Part shown: positions 1-9,396 of the stretch, piece by piece
How the letters are laid out: each line of letters starts with the position of its first letter
How positions within the stretch are numbered: the stretch's first letter is position 1
Assembly (NCBI GenBank): GCA_045047305.1
Contig: JASFYO010000075.1
Span: forward strand, 1 to 31,680
Source of the DNA: Planctomycetota bacterium
GTDB taxonomy: Bacteria > Planctomycetota > UBA1135
Direction of reading: 5' to 3'
Length of the DNA stretch: 31,680 nucleotides
The notes under the pieces: model-generated
The model's input: the letters and a program-made list of their open reading frames with translations, nothing else
The model's database searches: none
What the model was told of the DNA's origin: nothing
Translations under genes and position numbers: made by a program

Positions 1-585
1 CGGGTTTGCGCATGCCTGATGTTGGCGGCCGTGCAATACGATGATCGCGTTGCTTTTCTAGGCTATGACCAAGAAGTGCGATGCTATGAACCTCCACGGA
101 AAGGGCTGAGCCATGTGTTGCGCATCGTGCGGGATTTTCTTGCCTTAGAGGCTAGCGCGGGAAAAAGTGACCCCGGTCCAGCCTTGAAGTATGCCGCGAA
201 AAACCTTCCCTCGCACAGCGCGGTGTTTTTGGTGTCGGATTTTCTAGGCGATGGATGGCAGCCAGCGTTGCAGGAATGCGCCAAGCGGCACGAAGTGATT
301 GCGGTACGTTTGCTGGCGCCAGAATTGCGCAAGTTGCCTTCAGGAATGTGGGGACTACGCGATGCGGAGGGGCGCGCGCGAAGGGTTGTGGATGGAAGCG
401 ATCCAAAGGTGCAAGCGCAATACGCGGAACGTGTGGAGCGTTGGGATAGGGAGACCCGGCAAATGTTGCAGCAGGCAGGCGTCGCACTTTTGGATGTACC
501 GATTCCAGCGGTTGCGGATCCGGATGCCGTCGCCCGCCCGATTTTGCGTTTCTTTCAACGTCGCCAAGGCCGGGGGCGGAGTTAA
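1..585 (+). CDS. DUF58 family protein (MoxR-associated, VWA-like), 5' truncated by window edge
   Basis: Frame 1 is open from base 1. It contains the DDRVAF...VFLVSDF...HEVIAVRL pattern typical of the DUF58 C-terminal half and lies directly upstream of VWA genes. Confidence 0.85.
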   Translation, partial: RVCACLMLAAVQYDDRVAFLGYDQEVRCYEPPRKGLSHVLRIVRDFLALEASAGKSDPGPALKYAAKNLPSHSAVFLVSDFLGDGWQPALQECAKRHEVIAVRLLAPELRKLPSGMWGLRDAEGRARRVVDGSDPKVQAQYAERVERWDRETRQMLQQAGVALLDVPIPAVADPDAVARPILRFFQRRQGRGRS

Positions 586-1097
586 TGCAGAAGGCGATTC
601 CGAAACTCCCAAGCGAGGTGCAGGATCTTCCGCTAGACCTGCTGGCATGGGGGGCTTTGTTGCTTGGAGTCTTCCTCGTGCTTCATCTTTATGCGCGTTG
701 GTTGATTGCACGCCCTAATGGCGTTGCAGAGATTCAAAAACCAGAAGCGGAGACGCAGTTGAACTTGCTACAAGAACTGCAGCAGTTGCGCCGCTCTCTT
801 CCTCATTTGTCTGATGCACAAAAGTTGGAAGCACTTGCTCTTTCTGCTTTACTGCGTCACGCATGCGGTCAGCGATGGAGTGCTACCGAGCAAGAGTTAT
901 TGGCTACTTGCAGCGAGGCCTCGCGTGAAGCGCTCGCTCCCTTGTTGGCTTTTACGATTCACATCCTGTTTGCTAACGGTCAAGCCACCCTGAAAGAGTG
1001 GGAAGATGTCTTAGATCAAACCGAGTTTTGGATGGAGAACTTCGCCGATGCCGACGCTAGCGCCGATGCTGGTACGGGAGCCAGTACGGTGCTATGA
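585..1097 (+). CDS. Single-TM protein at the DUF4381-like position of a Bat operon
   Basis: TAATG overlap with the DUF58 gene. One N-terminal hydrophobic helix (LLAWGALLLGVFLVLHLYA) and an LSALLR...SATEQELL pattern. Sits between DUF58 and batA. Confidence 0.65.
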   Translation: MQKAIPKLPSEVQDLPLDLLAWGALLLGVFLVLHLYARWLIARPNGVAEIQKPEAETQLNLLQELQQLRRSLPHLSDAQKLEALALSALLRHACGQRWSATEQELLATCSEASREALAPLLAFTIHILFANGQATLKEWEDVLDQTEFWMENFADADASADAGTGASTVL

Positions 1098-2053
1098 ACT
1101 GGAGTTTGCAAGACCCCGAGCTGCTTTGGTGTGGATGGCTCCTTCCAATAGCGTTCCTCGTGCGGATATGGCGTCGCCCATCGGCGAAGGCCTTTGCGCC
1201 CTTTGGTTTCGTTCCGTTACTTCCACGGAGCCATAAGCAACACACCCGAGCCTTACCCTTGCTGCTGCAAGCGGCAGGGTTTTTGTTGTTGGTGCTCGCT
1301 ATGGCTAGGCCGCAACAACGCGAGCGATTGCCAGTGGCAGAGCAAGGCATTGATTTGCTTCTCTGTATGGATCTGTCTTCCTCTATGGCAGCAACTGGCT
1401 TGGACCCTGAGCAAAAGGAAATCACGCGATTTGATCTCGCGCGACGAGCAGCAAGTAAGTTCATTTCTTCGCGTACCCAGGATCGGATTGGCCTCCTCGG
1501 ATTCGCGCGGGATGCCCGTTTGGTGTGCCCGTTGACTTTGGACCATCGCAGTTTGCAAAGCTTGTTGCAGGATTTGCAGCTCACCCCCGAGGGGCGTGAA
1601 GACGATGCAACTGGAATCGGCACTGCCCTGGCTCGCGCTGCCGTTCTCTTGAAGGATACTGGCCATGTTTCAAAGGTGGTCATTCTTCTCACCGATGGAG
1701 AGGAGACCGTCGCAACCGAGCAAGCGGGGGGCGCAATCAAGCCGCTGGAAGCTGCCGCGTTGTGCCGTGACTGGGGGGTGCGGGTGCACGCCATCGCAGC
1801 CGGTCCCGATGCGGTCGCCACGCGGAATTCACTACAGTCCGTTGCCGCATTGACCGGTGGCAGCGCTTTTATGGCGCGGGATGCGATTGCTTTGGAAGAA
1901 GTCTATGCTGCGATTGATCAGCTGGAGCGCACTCGGTTTGAGCGTATGCCATGGCGTCAGGTCGACCGTTTTCAGCGATTCCTCGGTGTGGGCGTATTCC
2001 TGTGGCTTCTTGGTGCATGGATGCGTCGGCGTTTCTGGGAGGTGCAGACATGA
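1094..2053 (+). CDS. batA: BatA-type membrane VWA domain protein
   Basis: N-terminal TM pair ending in LAMARPQ, intact MIDAS (DLSSS, T of DATGIG, D of LLTDG), DRIGLLGF and CPLTLD motifs, C-terminal TM. ATGA overlap with the upstream gene. Confidence 0.88.
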   Translation: MNWSLQDPELLWCGWLLPIAFLVRIWRRPSAKAFAPFGFVPLLPRSHKQHTRALPLLLQAAGFLLLVLAMARPQQRERLPVAEQGIDLLLCMDLSSSMAATGLDPEQKEITRFDLARRAASKFISSRTQDRIGLLGFARDARLVCPLTLDHRSLQSLLQDLQLTPEGREDDATGIGTALARAAVLLKDTGHVSKVVILLTDGEETVATEQAGGAIKPLEAAALCRDWGVRVHAIAAGPDAVATRNSLQSVAALTGGSAFMARDAIALEEVYAAIDQLERTRFERMPWRQVDRFQRFLGVGVFLWLLGAWMRRRFWEVQT

Positions 2054-2889
2054 AATTCACCTGGCCCACCGCCTTGCTTTTACTCGGTTCTCTCGGCGCA
2101 TTCCTGCAGCCGAAGTGGGGAGTGGAGGAGGACGCCGTCCGCGAACAGGGCATCGATCTCCTCATCTGCCTCGATGTTTCTCGCTCCATGCTAGCTCGCG
2201 ACGTAAGCCCGGATCGTCTGGGGCGGGCCAAGGCGGAAATCGAGGCTTTGCTGCAGCGGCTTGATGCTGACCGAGTCGGGCTCATCCTCATGGCAGGAGA
2301 AGCCCAACGCGCCGCGCCACTCACCAATGATTTTCAAAGCTTTCGCGCGATTTTGGACTTAGCTTCACCCGAGAGTGTGTTTCAAGGCGGCACCAACCTC
2401 GCGTCGGCCTTGCAAAAGGCGCGTGCATTATTCGATGCTGCTCCGAGTACGCAAAAGAATGTACTTCTTATCAGTGATGGAGAAGATCGCTCTGGCTCGG
2501 CGCTGGAGCAGGCAAAGCTATGCAGTAAGGATGGGATTGTGATTTATGCATTGGGGCTTGGCACCGAAGCTGGGAGTAAAATGACTCTTCGTGATGAACA
2601 AGGGGTCGAGTTTTTCTTAACCGATGAAGAGGGAGTGGAAGTCGTATCCAAATTGGACTCATCCAGCCTCGCCCGGATTGCCGAGATGACCGGTGGAACT
2701 TTGCTTTCTCTTTCAGCGCAAGCAGGGGTCTTAGTGCCTTGGTATGAACAAACGCTTTTGCCGCGTGCGCAACAAGCCTTTGCTGCTGATGACCGTCTAC
2801 GCCGTGCGAATCGATTCCAGTTGCCGCTGTTCTTCGGACTCCTCGGAGCATTTTTTGGGCTCGCTGGCTTTGGTCGGAGGCAACGATGA
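2050..2889 (+). CDS. batB: BatB-type VWA domain protein
   Basis: Start reassigned to ATG 2050 (ATGA overlap with batA stop). Motifs CLDVSRSMLARDVSPDRL, GGTNL, ISDGED, LGLGTEAG and VVSKLD; C-terminal TM. Confidence 0.85.
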   Translation: MKFTWPTALLLLGSLGAFLQPKWGVEEDAVREQGIDLLICLDVSRSMLARDVSPDRLGRAKAEIEALLQRLDADRVGLILMAGEAQRAAPLTNDFQSFRAILDLASPESVFQGGTNLASALQKARALFDAAPSTQKNVLLISDGEDRSGSALEQAKLCSKDGIVIYALGLGTEAGSKMTLRDEQGVEFFLTDEEGVEVVSKLDSSSLARIAEMTGGTLLSLSAQAGVLVPWYEQTLLPRAQQAFAADDRLRRANRFQLPLFFGLLGAFFGLAGFGRRQR

Positions 2890-3578
2890 AAACACAATCC
2901 GTTTTCCAGTTACTCGCCGCTTGTGTCTTCATTATTTTTGGATTGTGGCGTATGGATTCCGCTCCGGAGGAACTCAACGCATCGGCCGTCGCCGCTTATG
3001 AACGCGGCGACTTTGTTGCGGCGACCGAACTCTTCCAACAAGCTGTGAGCGCTCTGCCAACGACTCTGTTGCAAAAGAACCTCGCACTTGCAGCTTTCCA
3101 AGCGGATCATTTGAAGCTTGCTTCCACCGCCGCTGCATCCATCGCCAGCGACGACCCTGCGTGGCATGATTTCCTTCTAGGCAACTTGGCTTGGCGGCGT
3201 AGCATGATGGCGGAAACGGAGGCGCATGGACCTGTTCCTCCAGCGGGTTGTTTAGAGCGTGCTATCGCGCAAGCGGAAGCTGCAGGTGATGCCTGGGAAT
3301 CCGCCTTGGAAATGAGAGACTCTTGGCTTCAGGCGAAATGGAATTTAGCTTTGGTGGAAACCCGCATCTCTGCTTTACAGGAAGAGCTTCAATCTACCTT
3401 GAACTCTGGCGATTCAGAAACAGAAAAGTTGCCGTCGCCATCGTCCACTGCGACGCAGCCGATGATGAATGAAACCAAGCGAATTCAAATGATGCAGCAA
3501 CTCCAACGTCTGGATCAGCAAAAAGCTGCGCAACATCCTGCACCTAAACCTAAGCCGAGTGGAGGGTGGGAGTGGTAA
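2886..3578 (+). CDS. BatC-like TPR protein
   Basis: N-terminal signal/TM, TPR-like helices (AYERGDFVAATELFQQA, AKWNLAL), low-complexity linker, and a terminal Trp as in BatC. Follows batB with an ATGA overlap. Confidence 0.7.
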   Translation: MKTQSVFQLLAACVFIIFGLWRMDSAPEELNASAVAAYERGDFVAATELFQQAVSALPTTLLQKNLALAAFQADHLKLASTAAASIASDDPAWHDFLLGNLAWRRSMMAETEAHGPVPPAGCLERAIAQAEAAGDAWESALEMRDSWLQAKWNLALVETRISALQEELQSTLNSGDSETEKLPSPSSTATQPMMNETKRIQMMQQLQRLDQQKAAQHPAPKPKPSGGWEW

Positions 3579-4840
3579 TGTTCGCGCTCGCTGCTTTGTT
3601 GCTGGGATTTACTCAGACGCCACAAGCCTCTCCTGTGCAAATTGAGTTAGAAGTGCGTAGAGCGATCACCGCATTGCCGCTAGAGACGGGCGCCGAGGTG
3701 TACGCAGGAGAAACTTTGCTGCTGACTTTGCGCTTCAACATGGAGAAGGATTTTTTAGAGCAACAGCTGTTACCGCAATGGGGTTATCCATTCGATGTCC
3801 AGGCCGATTTACGCACCCCCTGGCTTGAGAGTGCGGAGGCCTATAAGAAACTTGGAAGCGCACAAGGTGGAAGCACTTCTTTAGTCATCGACCGTGAATC
3901 CGGCTTCGCTTTACGGCTTCCCGATCACGGGGATGGATGTGTTCACTTTCAGCTAGAGCAAGCCATTGAGGTGCTAAGTGGTCCTTTGGAACTTGCCCCA
4001 GCGCAACTCAAGGTAGTTTGGGCAACTGGATTTGAAGAGGACATGGTTCGTGGTCCGGTTGCCATCGACCGGCAAAGTCAGATCTTTACGACGGCCCCTT
4101 TCGAGATAAATGTACTTCCCGTTCCCATGGCTGGGCGGCCGCGAGAGTTTTCAGGCGCTGTCGGCGATTTCCAAATGTCGCTCATGGAGTTGCCTGAACT
4201 TTCCCCACGTCAGCTGCAGTTATCTTTTCTTGGTAGGGGACATCTTTTACCTGACCACCTGCCCAATTTAGATCATCTTCTTGATTTTCCCATTCAGGGG
4301 CAACGTTTGGAAACGGTGGAATCGGGCTTCGTTTTGCACTTGGAAACAGAATCGAAATCAAGCTTTCCGCTGTTGCGGTGGAGCTATTTTCATCCTGGCA
4401 AAAAATCATTCGTCACGCAAAGCGTTGGAGCCGAACCTTTGCCGGCGGACGAAGTTTCTGAGTTGCGTTGGCCGTGGCTAGGTGGAGTTCTATTGCTTTT
4501 ATGCGGTCTATTCTGGCTTCGTGGAAGCAACCGAGGTAAACAAAGGCAAGTTTCCATGATGGCACTAGAGCCTTTCACCAAATCGGAGCTTCCCGCCGAT
4601 TTGGTCGATGATCTCACGCAGTTGCTTTCTTGCAAGCGAGAGCAAATCTATATGGATAGTTTTGAGCAGGAAATCCAAGCGCAAGATTTACCGGCTGACC
4701 TGACTCAAGATTTGCTTTCTGCTGTGCAAGCCATCGTCCTGGCGCGCTATGCGGAGCAAGGCACTGCGCCAGACGACAACAAGTTAGATGCCCTGCGCGA
4801 ACGATTGCAGGCAACGTGCAAGATCGCGAACAAGGTCTAA
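3578..4840 (+). CDS. BatD-like exported/membrane-anchored protein
   Basis: Signal peptide, INVLPVP...FSGAVGDF motif characteristic of BatD, WSYFHP motif, late TM, C-terminal ARYA. ATG 3578 overlaps the upstream TAA. Confidence 0.75.
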   Translation: MFALAALLLGFTQTPQASPVQIELEVRRAITALPLETGAEVYAGETLLLTLRFNMEKDFLEQQLLPQWGYPFDVQADLRTPWLESAEAYKKLGSAQGGSTSLVIDRESGFALRLPDHGDGCVHFQLEQAIEVLSGPLELAPAQLKVVWATGFEEDMVRGPVAIDRQSQIFTTAPFEINVLPVPMAGRPREFSGAVGDFQMSLMELPELSPRQLQLSFLGRGHLLPDHLPNLDHLLDFPIQGQRLETVESGFVLHLETESKSSFPLLRWSYFHPGKKSFVTQSVGAEPLPADEVSELRWPWLGGVLLLLCGLFWLRGSNRGKQRQVSMMALEPFTKSELPADLVDDLTQLLSCKREQIYMDSFEQEIQAQDLPADLTQDLLSAVQAIVLARYAEQGTAPDDNKLDALRERLQATCKIANKV

Positions 4841-6226
4841 GCTTGGCGTTTGCCGTTGCTTTCCAGCGCTTTGGCAAGCGCGCAAGACTTGATCCACCAC
4901 TTTACGCTGCGACGGAGTCATGTCTGTCACGCGAAATCCCGCAGTGTCCTCAAGATTGAGAGGCCCCTGGCGTGCATGGGAGCGATGCTGGACCACGCGT
5001 AAGTGCACGAATGCGCGATCGAGCAACACCCAGGCGAAGGCGTCGTTGGCAATGGGGCCAAAGGCGCGAACGTGGCCATGTTGCCCGGGGAATAATCGTG
5101 CAAAGCGCGTATGTTCCGGGGTCCAGTGATTCGCAATGCGATGACTCCCGAACCACGCACTTGCCGCGCCAAGCCCAGAGCCAAGCGCCACTCCGGCGCC
5201 AAAGCTCAATCCGCCCGTGAAGAGATCAAGCACGCCTCCGGCAACCCCGCCTGCGGCAGCGGCCCGAGCGGTAAGTTGCGTCTGAGTAAGTCCAAAGAAA
5301 CGCCACCCTTCCTGATCAAATAAATCATCTGGAGTGAGGTTAAAGTTTGGCTCCAGGTGATCCAGTGGCGCAAAACCATAAATCGATTCCACTGTGCGTC
5401 GCGTATCGTTTTCAAGTTTACGCAAGGATTTTTCATAACGAGCAGACAGTTTTTCACTGTCATCCTTGGCATCTAGCCCAGTGTTGCGCGGGGTAAAGTT
5501 TTGCGTCTCGACATGACTCCAAGCGTCCACCAAGAATGCCGCCATTGCGTGGGAGGCTTCGCTAGTGCGTTGCTTGCTGCGGTCCGCGAAGGAGTTCACG
5601 GCGGCTTGCAAGGGCTCCTTCCAGGCTTCGTGCAGTTCGCCAAAGGTGGCTAGTAGACGTAACCGCGCTTCAGCATCGGCTTCGTGCGCATTAAAGTCGC
5701 GCACCACGCTGAAGAATTGCTGCAATACCGGACGCCAACTTTCAGCATGATCTTCGGTGCCAATTCGGTTCATTAAGGCCATGCCAGGACGTCCGACCCA
5801 GCGTAGGATTTCCATTTCGGCCTCATGGGTTGCTCGATAGGGGCGCGAAGCATCCACCACAAAAAGCAGACCGATTGGCCCATCCTGTAAGAGTGGGCGC
5901 AATAGCTCTACCTCATCATGAAAGCGGCCGGCGCCATCGAATTCTTTGATGAATGCACGAATCGCATTCTGGTGGTCACCGGCATTTTGCGATCGCATCC
6001 GCAATTGCTCCAGAGTGGCCTCGGCTTCCTGGAATCCCGGCGTGTCGATAAGGCGGAAGATGCTTTCTCCATCGATCTTAAAGTCATAGGCCGCTGCTTT
6101 TGTCGTCGTGCCCGGTACCAAATCGATGGGAACCGACGGATCCTCTAATAAAGTCGCAACCACCGAGGACTTGCCTTTGTTGACATGGCCAACCACAACA
6201 AAGGTCGGGAGATAGTCCGAGCTCAT
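4784..6226 (-). CDS. DUF3482-type GTPase (N-terminal P-loop GTPase, C-terminal glycine-rich hydrophobic region)
   Basis: G1 GHVNKGKS, G2 PGTT, G3 DTPGF; AAAAGGVAGGVLDLFTGGLSFGAG segment; late RSHA motif; adjacent to the DUF2868-like gene. Confidence 0.82.
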   Translation of the reverse strand: MSSDYLPTFVVVGHVNKGKSSVVATLLEDPSVPIDLVPGTTTKAAAYDFKIDGESIFRLIDTPGFQEAEATLEQLRMRSQNAGDHQNAIRAFIKEFDGAGRFHDEVELLRPLLQDGPIGLLFVVDASRPYRATHEAEMEILRWVGRPGMALMNRIGTEDHAESWRPVLQQFFSVVRDFNAHEADAEARLRLLATFGELHEAWKEPLQAAVNSFADRSKQRTSEASHAMAAFLVDAWSHVETQNFTPRNTGLDAKDDSEKLSARYEKSLRKLENDTRRTVESIYGFAPLDHLEPNFNLTPDDLFDQEGWRFFGLTQTQLTARAAAAGGVAGGVLDLFTGGLSFGAGVALGSGLGAASAWFGSHRIANHWTPEHTRFARLFPGQHGHVRAFGPIANDAFAWVLLDRAFVHLRVVQHRSHARQGPLNLEDTAGFRVTDMTPSQRKVVDQVLRACQSAGKQRQTPSLDLVRDLARCLQSFAQGI

Positions 6227-7692
6227 GAGGCGTGCATCCTGCTGACAGAGAGTTGGCGGTCGCAGAGGTTTTGCACGGTGCGGGTCCAGACTTCTAGATC
6301 ACGTTCTTGCGCAGGAGGCCAAGTGCGGTTTTGATACTCCAAGGGCAAAACATGCATGGGGCAATCCTTGCCCAAAGCCGCGCGCAATTTAGAGAGGAAG
6401 GAAGTGAAGCGTTTGTCGGGCGATTCCCCAGCTTCCACTAGGATCCAACACTCCAAGACTTTGGAGCCATGCAATGCGGCTAATGCATCCGCATCTTGGC
6501 TCAAGCCCGAGCCGCCGGCACGTAAAACGCCGGGCGCTGGAAGGTTCAAAATGGAGAGCGGGGAAGAGGCCTGGGATAAGGTTTCCTCTTCCACTTCGTG
6601 TGCCCAATCTCCCCATAAAATTGCGCGACGTGCATTGGATGCCGAATTCCAGGAAGTATGGATGGGTGCGATATCTTCCACTGCCTCGTGCGGGGACGCG
6701 GCTTGCAGTGGCAGCATGATTTCAAACAAGCGCTGGTAGCCGCGGTGATTCCAAGTTAATCCCGTAATCGCTTTGCGCTTTTTGGCGTTCAGCCACGCAA
6801 GCAAAATTACCCTTGGGAGTAGGCCCCACACGATAAGCGACATGAGCAGGAAGGGCCACCAATCGCGGCCGTCGGCTTGGGAATCGCGGAAAGTGCTGTC
6901 TAGGCTTTCCCATCGTGTGCCTGCGATTAGGTCGGGGCTGGGGACCCACTCGGTTGGAGCGGCCCATGCCCAGGGCGCCGAGAGGACATGCACCACGGCC
7001 TCTAAAGCAGTCGGTTTGAATCCATCTGGAGTTGTCGACCAACCGAATTGTAATTCGCTGAACAGGAGCAATGCCAAAAAAGAAACAATGACGCCAAGGT
7101 TAAAAGCTACGGCGAAACGTTGAGTGAAGGAAAGCCAAATCCACCGCTCCACTCGCGAAGTTTCCGCGAGCGCACCAAGCAAATCCTTTTCCGCGTGAGT
7201 CTTAAGCCAATTCCAGCGGAATAGCGCTTGAGACAATCGACCGAGGAATCCCAGCCAGGCTTTGCCGCGCATTTTTGCCCAGGTTGCAAACCCAAAGGCT
7301 GTAAGCAAGAGCCCTATTTGCAAGAAAACCAAAACGCCCAAGAACAGCCAAAGGTTGATGGGGTGTCCGGCGCTTGAAATCAAGGCTGCTTTGCCGGCGG
7401 TCAAACCAAAGACCGCGCCGACTATGCCGGCGAGCCAGGCGAGCCCAACATAAGCGCGCACCATCGAAGCACCGGAGAGTTTCTCACCAGACTCGGTCAA
7501 AGCGCGGGTCCAAGCCTGAATAGAACTGCGTCGTGCGCTAACATCGCCAGACCATTGGCCGCGTATGACTTTGGCTGAGGCGCCGTCTTGCGCCAAAAGA
7601 TTTGCGCCTACTTTTTGCGCAGCATCCTTCCACGCAGACTCCTCCCTTTGCAGGGCATATTCTGCATCAAGGAAGTCGCGTAGTGCAGTCAA
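6223..7692 (-). CDS. DUF2868-type multi-pass membrane protein
   Basis: About 4 TM helices; motifs PINLWLFLG, LQFGWSTT and WWPFLLMSLIVWGLLPR. ATGA overlap with the GTPase. The TTG start is uncertain. Confidence 0.78.
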   Translation of the reverse strand: MTALRDFLDAEYALQREESAWKDAAQKVGANLLAQDGASAKVIRGQWSGDVSARRSSIQAWTRALTESGEKLSGASMVRAYVGLAWLAGIVGAVFGLTAGKAALISSAGHPINLWLFLGVLVFLQIGLLLTAFGFATWAKMRGKAWLGFLGRLSQALFRWNWLKTHAEKDLLGALAETSRVERWIWLSFTQRFAVAFNLGVIVSFLALLLFSELQFGWSTTPDGFKPTALEAVVHVLSAPWAWAAPTEWVPSPDLIAGTRWESLDSTFRDSQADGRDWWPFLLMSLIVWGLLPRVILLAWLNAKKRKAITGLTWNHRGYQRLFEIMLPLQAASPHEAVEDIAPIHTSWNSASNARRAILWGDWAHEVEEETLSQASSPLSILNLPAPGVLRAGGSGLSQDADALAALHGSKVLECWILVEAGESPDKRFTSFLSKLRAALGKDCPMHVLPLEYQNRTWPPAQERDLEVWTRTVQNLCDRQLSVSRMHAS

Positions 7693-7703
7693 GAGAAGAG
7701 CGG

Positions 7704-8873
7704 TTAGGAAGTCTTGGCGAGTTCGCCATGACCCGTCGCCGCAGCGCCACAGCTTTCCATCTCGCCCTCAAGAGGGAGCGGTCCGCGGGCGTCGACGATG
7801 GCATAGGCCTGATTGCGTTGCCGCGGAACGAATCCAGCGGCACGAATATTGTTCTCGATATTTTCGAGATCCACTAGTTCAAAACAACCTGCAGCACTAA
7901 CTACATTTTCTTCCATCATGGCCGAGCCGAAGTCGTTGCAGCCCATGCGCAAAGCAAGTTGCGCGGCATCGGCGCCTTGGGTGACAAAGCTCGCTTGTAT
8001 GCTCGGGAAGTTGTCGAGGAAGATACGCGCAATGGTGGTCAGGCGGAAGTATTCGGCATGAGTCGCTTTGCGCCAACCTTCTGCAAGCAAGCGGTCGCCC
8101 AAAGGATTGCCACCAGGCTGAAAGGTCCAGCCGATGAAAGCAGTGAAGCCTCCGGTGCGGTCCTGTAGTTTGCGCAAGTGATCTAGATGCTCAATTCGAT
8201 CTTCGCTGGTTTCCACATGGCCGAACATCATGGTTGCAGTGGTCTTCATGCCAATGCTGTGCGCCTCTTCCATGATGCGTAACCAAGCCTCGGTCGATGT
8301 TTTACGCGGTGCAATCTTGGCGCGCACCGATTCGGTGAGAACCTCAGCGCCTCCGCCAGGCATCGAATCCATGCCTGCTGCTTGCAAGGCCTTGAGTACC
8401 TCAAGGCTGCTCATCTTGGACACTCGGCCTAAGTGTTCTATCTCGGAAGGCGCCATCGCGTGCAAATGCAGTTGCGGAAAGCGCTGCTTCAAATCACGGA
8501 ACAGATCGGAAAACCACTCTACACCTAGCTTTGGATGATGCCCACTCTGCATCAATATCTGCACACCGCCGACATCTAAGGTCTCTTGGACCCGACGGTA
8601 AATCTCCTCGCGTTCCATGACATAAGCCTTGACCTCGTCCTTCGGCTTAGCGTAGAAAGCGCAGAAATCGCAATCTGTAATGCACACATTGGTCGGATTG
8701 AGATTGCGGTCGATGATGTAGGTCACGATCGGCTCAGGGTGAAGGCGTTCGCGCACGGCGTCGGCCAAAAAGGCGAGCGTGTCGAGGGGCGCGTGGTCGT
8801 GCAGAAAGAGTGCTTCTTCTGCAGTGATGCGGCCTCCATCGAGAATGCGCTGGGACAGGGCGGGGATGTCCAT
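7704..8873 (-). CDS. mqnC: Cyclic dehypoxanthine futalosine synthase (radical SAM, futalosine menaquinone pathway)
   Basis: TYIIDRNLNPTNVCITDCDFCAF (CxxxCxxC), SMPGGGAE, TTATMMFGHVE, FTAFIGWTFQP, NDFGSAMMEENVVSAAG. Start reassigned to ATG 8873. Confidence 0.9.
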   Translation of the reverse strand: MDIPALSQRILDGGRITAEEALFLHDHAPLDTLAFLADAVRERLHPEPIVTYIIDRNLNPTNVCITDCDFCAFYAKPKDEVKAYVMEREEIYRRVQETLDVGGVQILMQSGHHPKLGVEWFSDLFRDLKQRFPQLHLHAMAPSEIEHLGRVSKMSSLEVLKALQAAGMDSMPGGGAEVLTESVRAKIAPRKTSTEAWLRIMEEAHSIGMKTTATMMFGHVETSEDRIEHLDHLRKLQDRTGGFTAFIGWTFQPGGNPLGDRLLAEGWRKATHAEYFRLTTIARIFLDNFPSIQASFVTQGADAAQLALRMGCNDFGSAMMEENVVSAAGCFELVDLENIENNIRAAGFVPRQRNQAYAIVDARGPLPLEGEMESCGAAATGHGELAKTS

Positions 8874-8881
8874 GGAAGGTG

Positions 8882-8887
8882 ATTCTA
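8882..8887 (-). promoter_or_regulatory. Putative -10 box (TAGAAT) 8 nt upstream of the mqnC ATG
   Basis: Minus strand reads TAGAAT-caccttcc-ATG with no SD sequence. Confidence 0.5.
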
Positions 8888-8916
8888 CCCGCATCTGGGC
8901 AGAAGGAAGAAGCTTC

Positions 8917-9396
8917 CTAGGTGCCGAACCACATCCAGTCCATGCCCAGCACTGCATTCACCAGCACAAAGATGCCGACGCTCAGCACCAAGGGATCGCG
9001 CCAACCTTTATGCATGCGGAAACGCCAGGCGGTGACGCTACTGAGCAAAAAAACTTGGGCGGCGGTAAGCGCGAAGAAAACGTCGGCGTTATCGAACATG
9101 GTGTCCCTGCGATGCCCAGTCCAGTTTTTTACGTTATCTTCAAAAATATGGATGACTGATTGGCCACCTAGGTGCACCAACCAGGATCCTGGAAGCAAAA
9201 TCATGGCTTTCATGCCGCTGGCGAGAGCAACGGCCGCTTGCCATGCGACAACGGGTAATGCGCATAGGCCAATCCAACCGATGCCGCGCATCCATTGATA
9301 AAGCAAGTTCGGCTTCTGATTGCGGAAGTAGCGCACTACACACCAAATCAAAACCGCCTGCGGTGTAAAGATAAGCGGCAGAAGGAAGAAGCGCAT
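8917..9396 (-). CDS. Hypothetical membrane protein (about 4-5 hydrophobic segments)
   Basis: 1-nt TAATG overlap with the algH/yqgE stop, hydrophobic helices, and it fills the gap in a minus-strand gene run. Confidence 0.7.
   Translation of the reverse strand: MRFFLLPLIFTPQAVLIWCVVRYFRNQKPNLLYQWMRGIGWIGLCALPVVAWQAAVALASGMKAMILLPGSWLVHLGGQSVIHIFEDNVKNWTGHRRDTMFDNADVFFALTAAQVFLLSSVTAWRFRMHKGWRDPLVLSVGIFVLVNAVLGMDWMWFGT

Noticed and set aside
1057..1821. 254-aa minus-strand ORF and other alternative-frame ORFs (e.g. 15991-16659, 13885-14487, 23881-24435)
   Set aside because: They lie within motif-supported genes, as expected for fairly GC-rich DNA.
8904..8918. AGGAAG-N3-CTTCCT hairpin at the membrane-protein stop
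   Set aside because: Short stem without a convincing U tract, so not called as a terminator.
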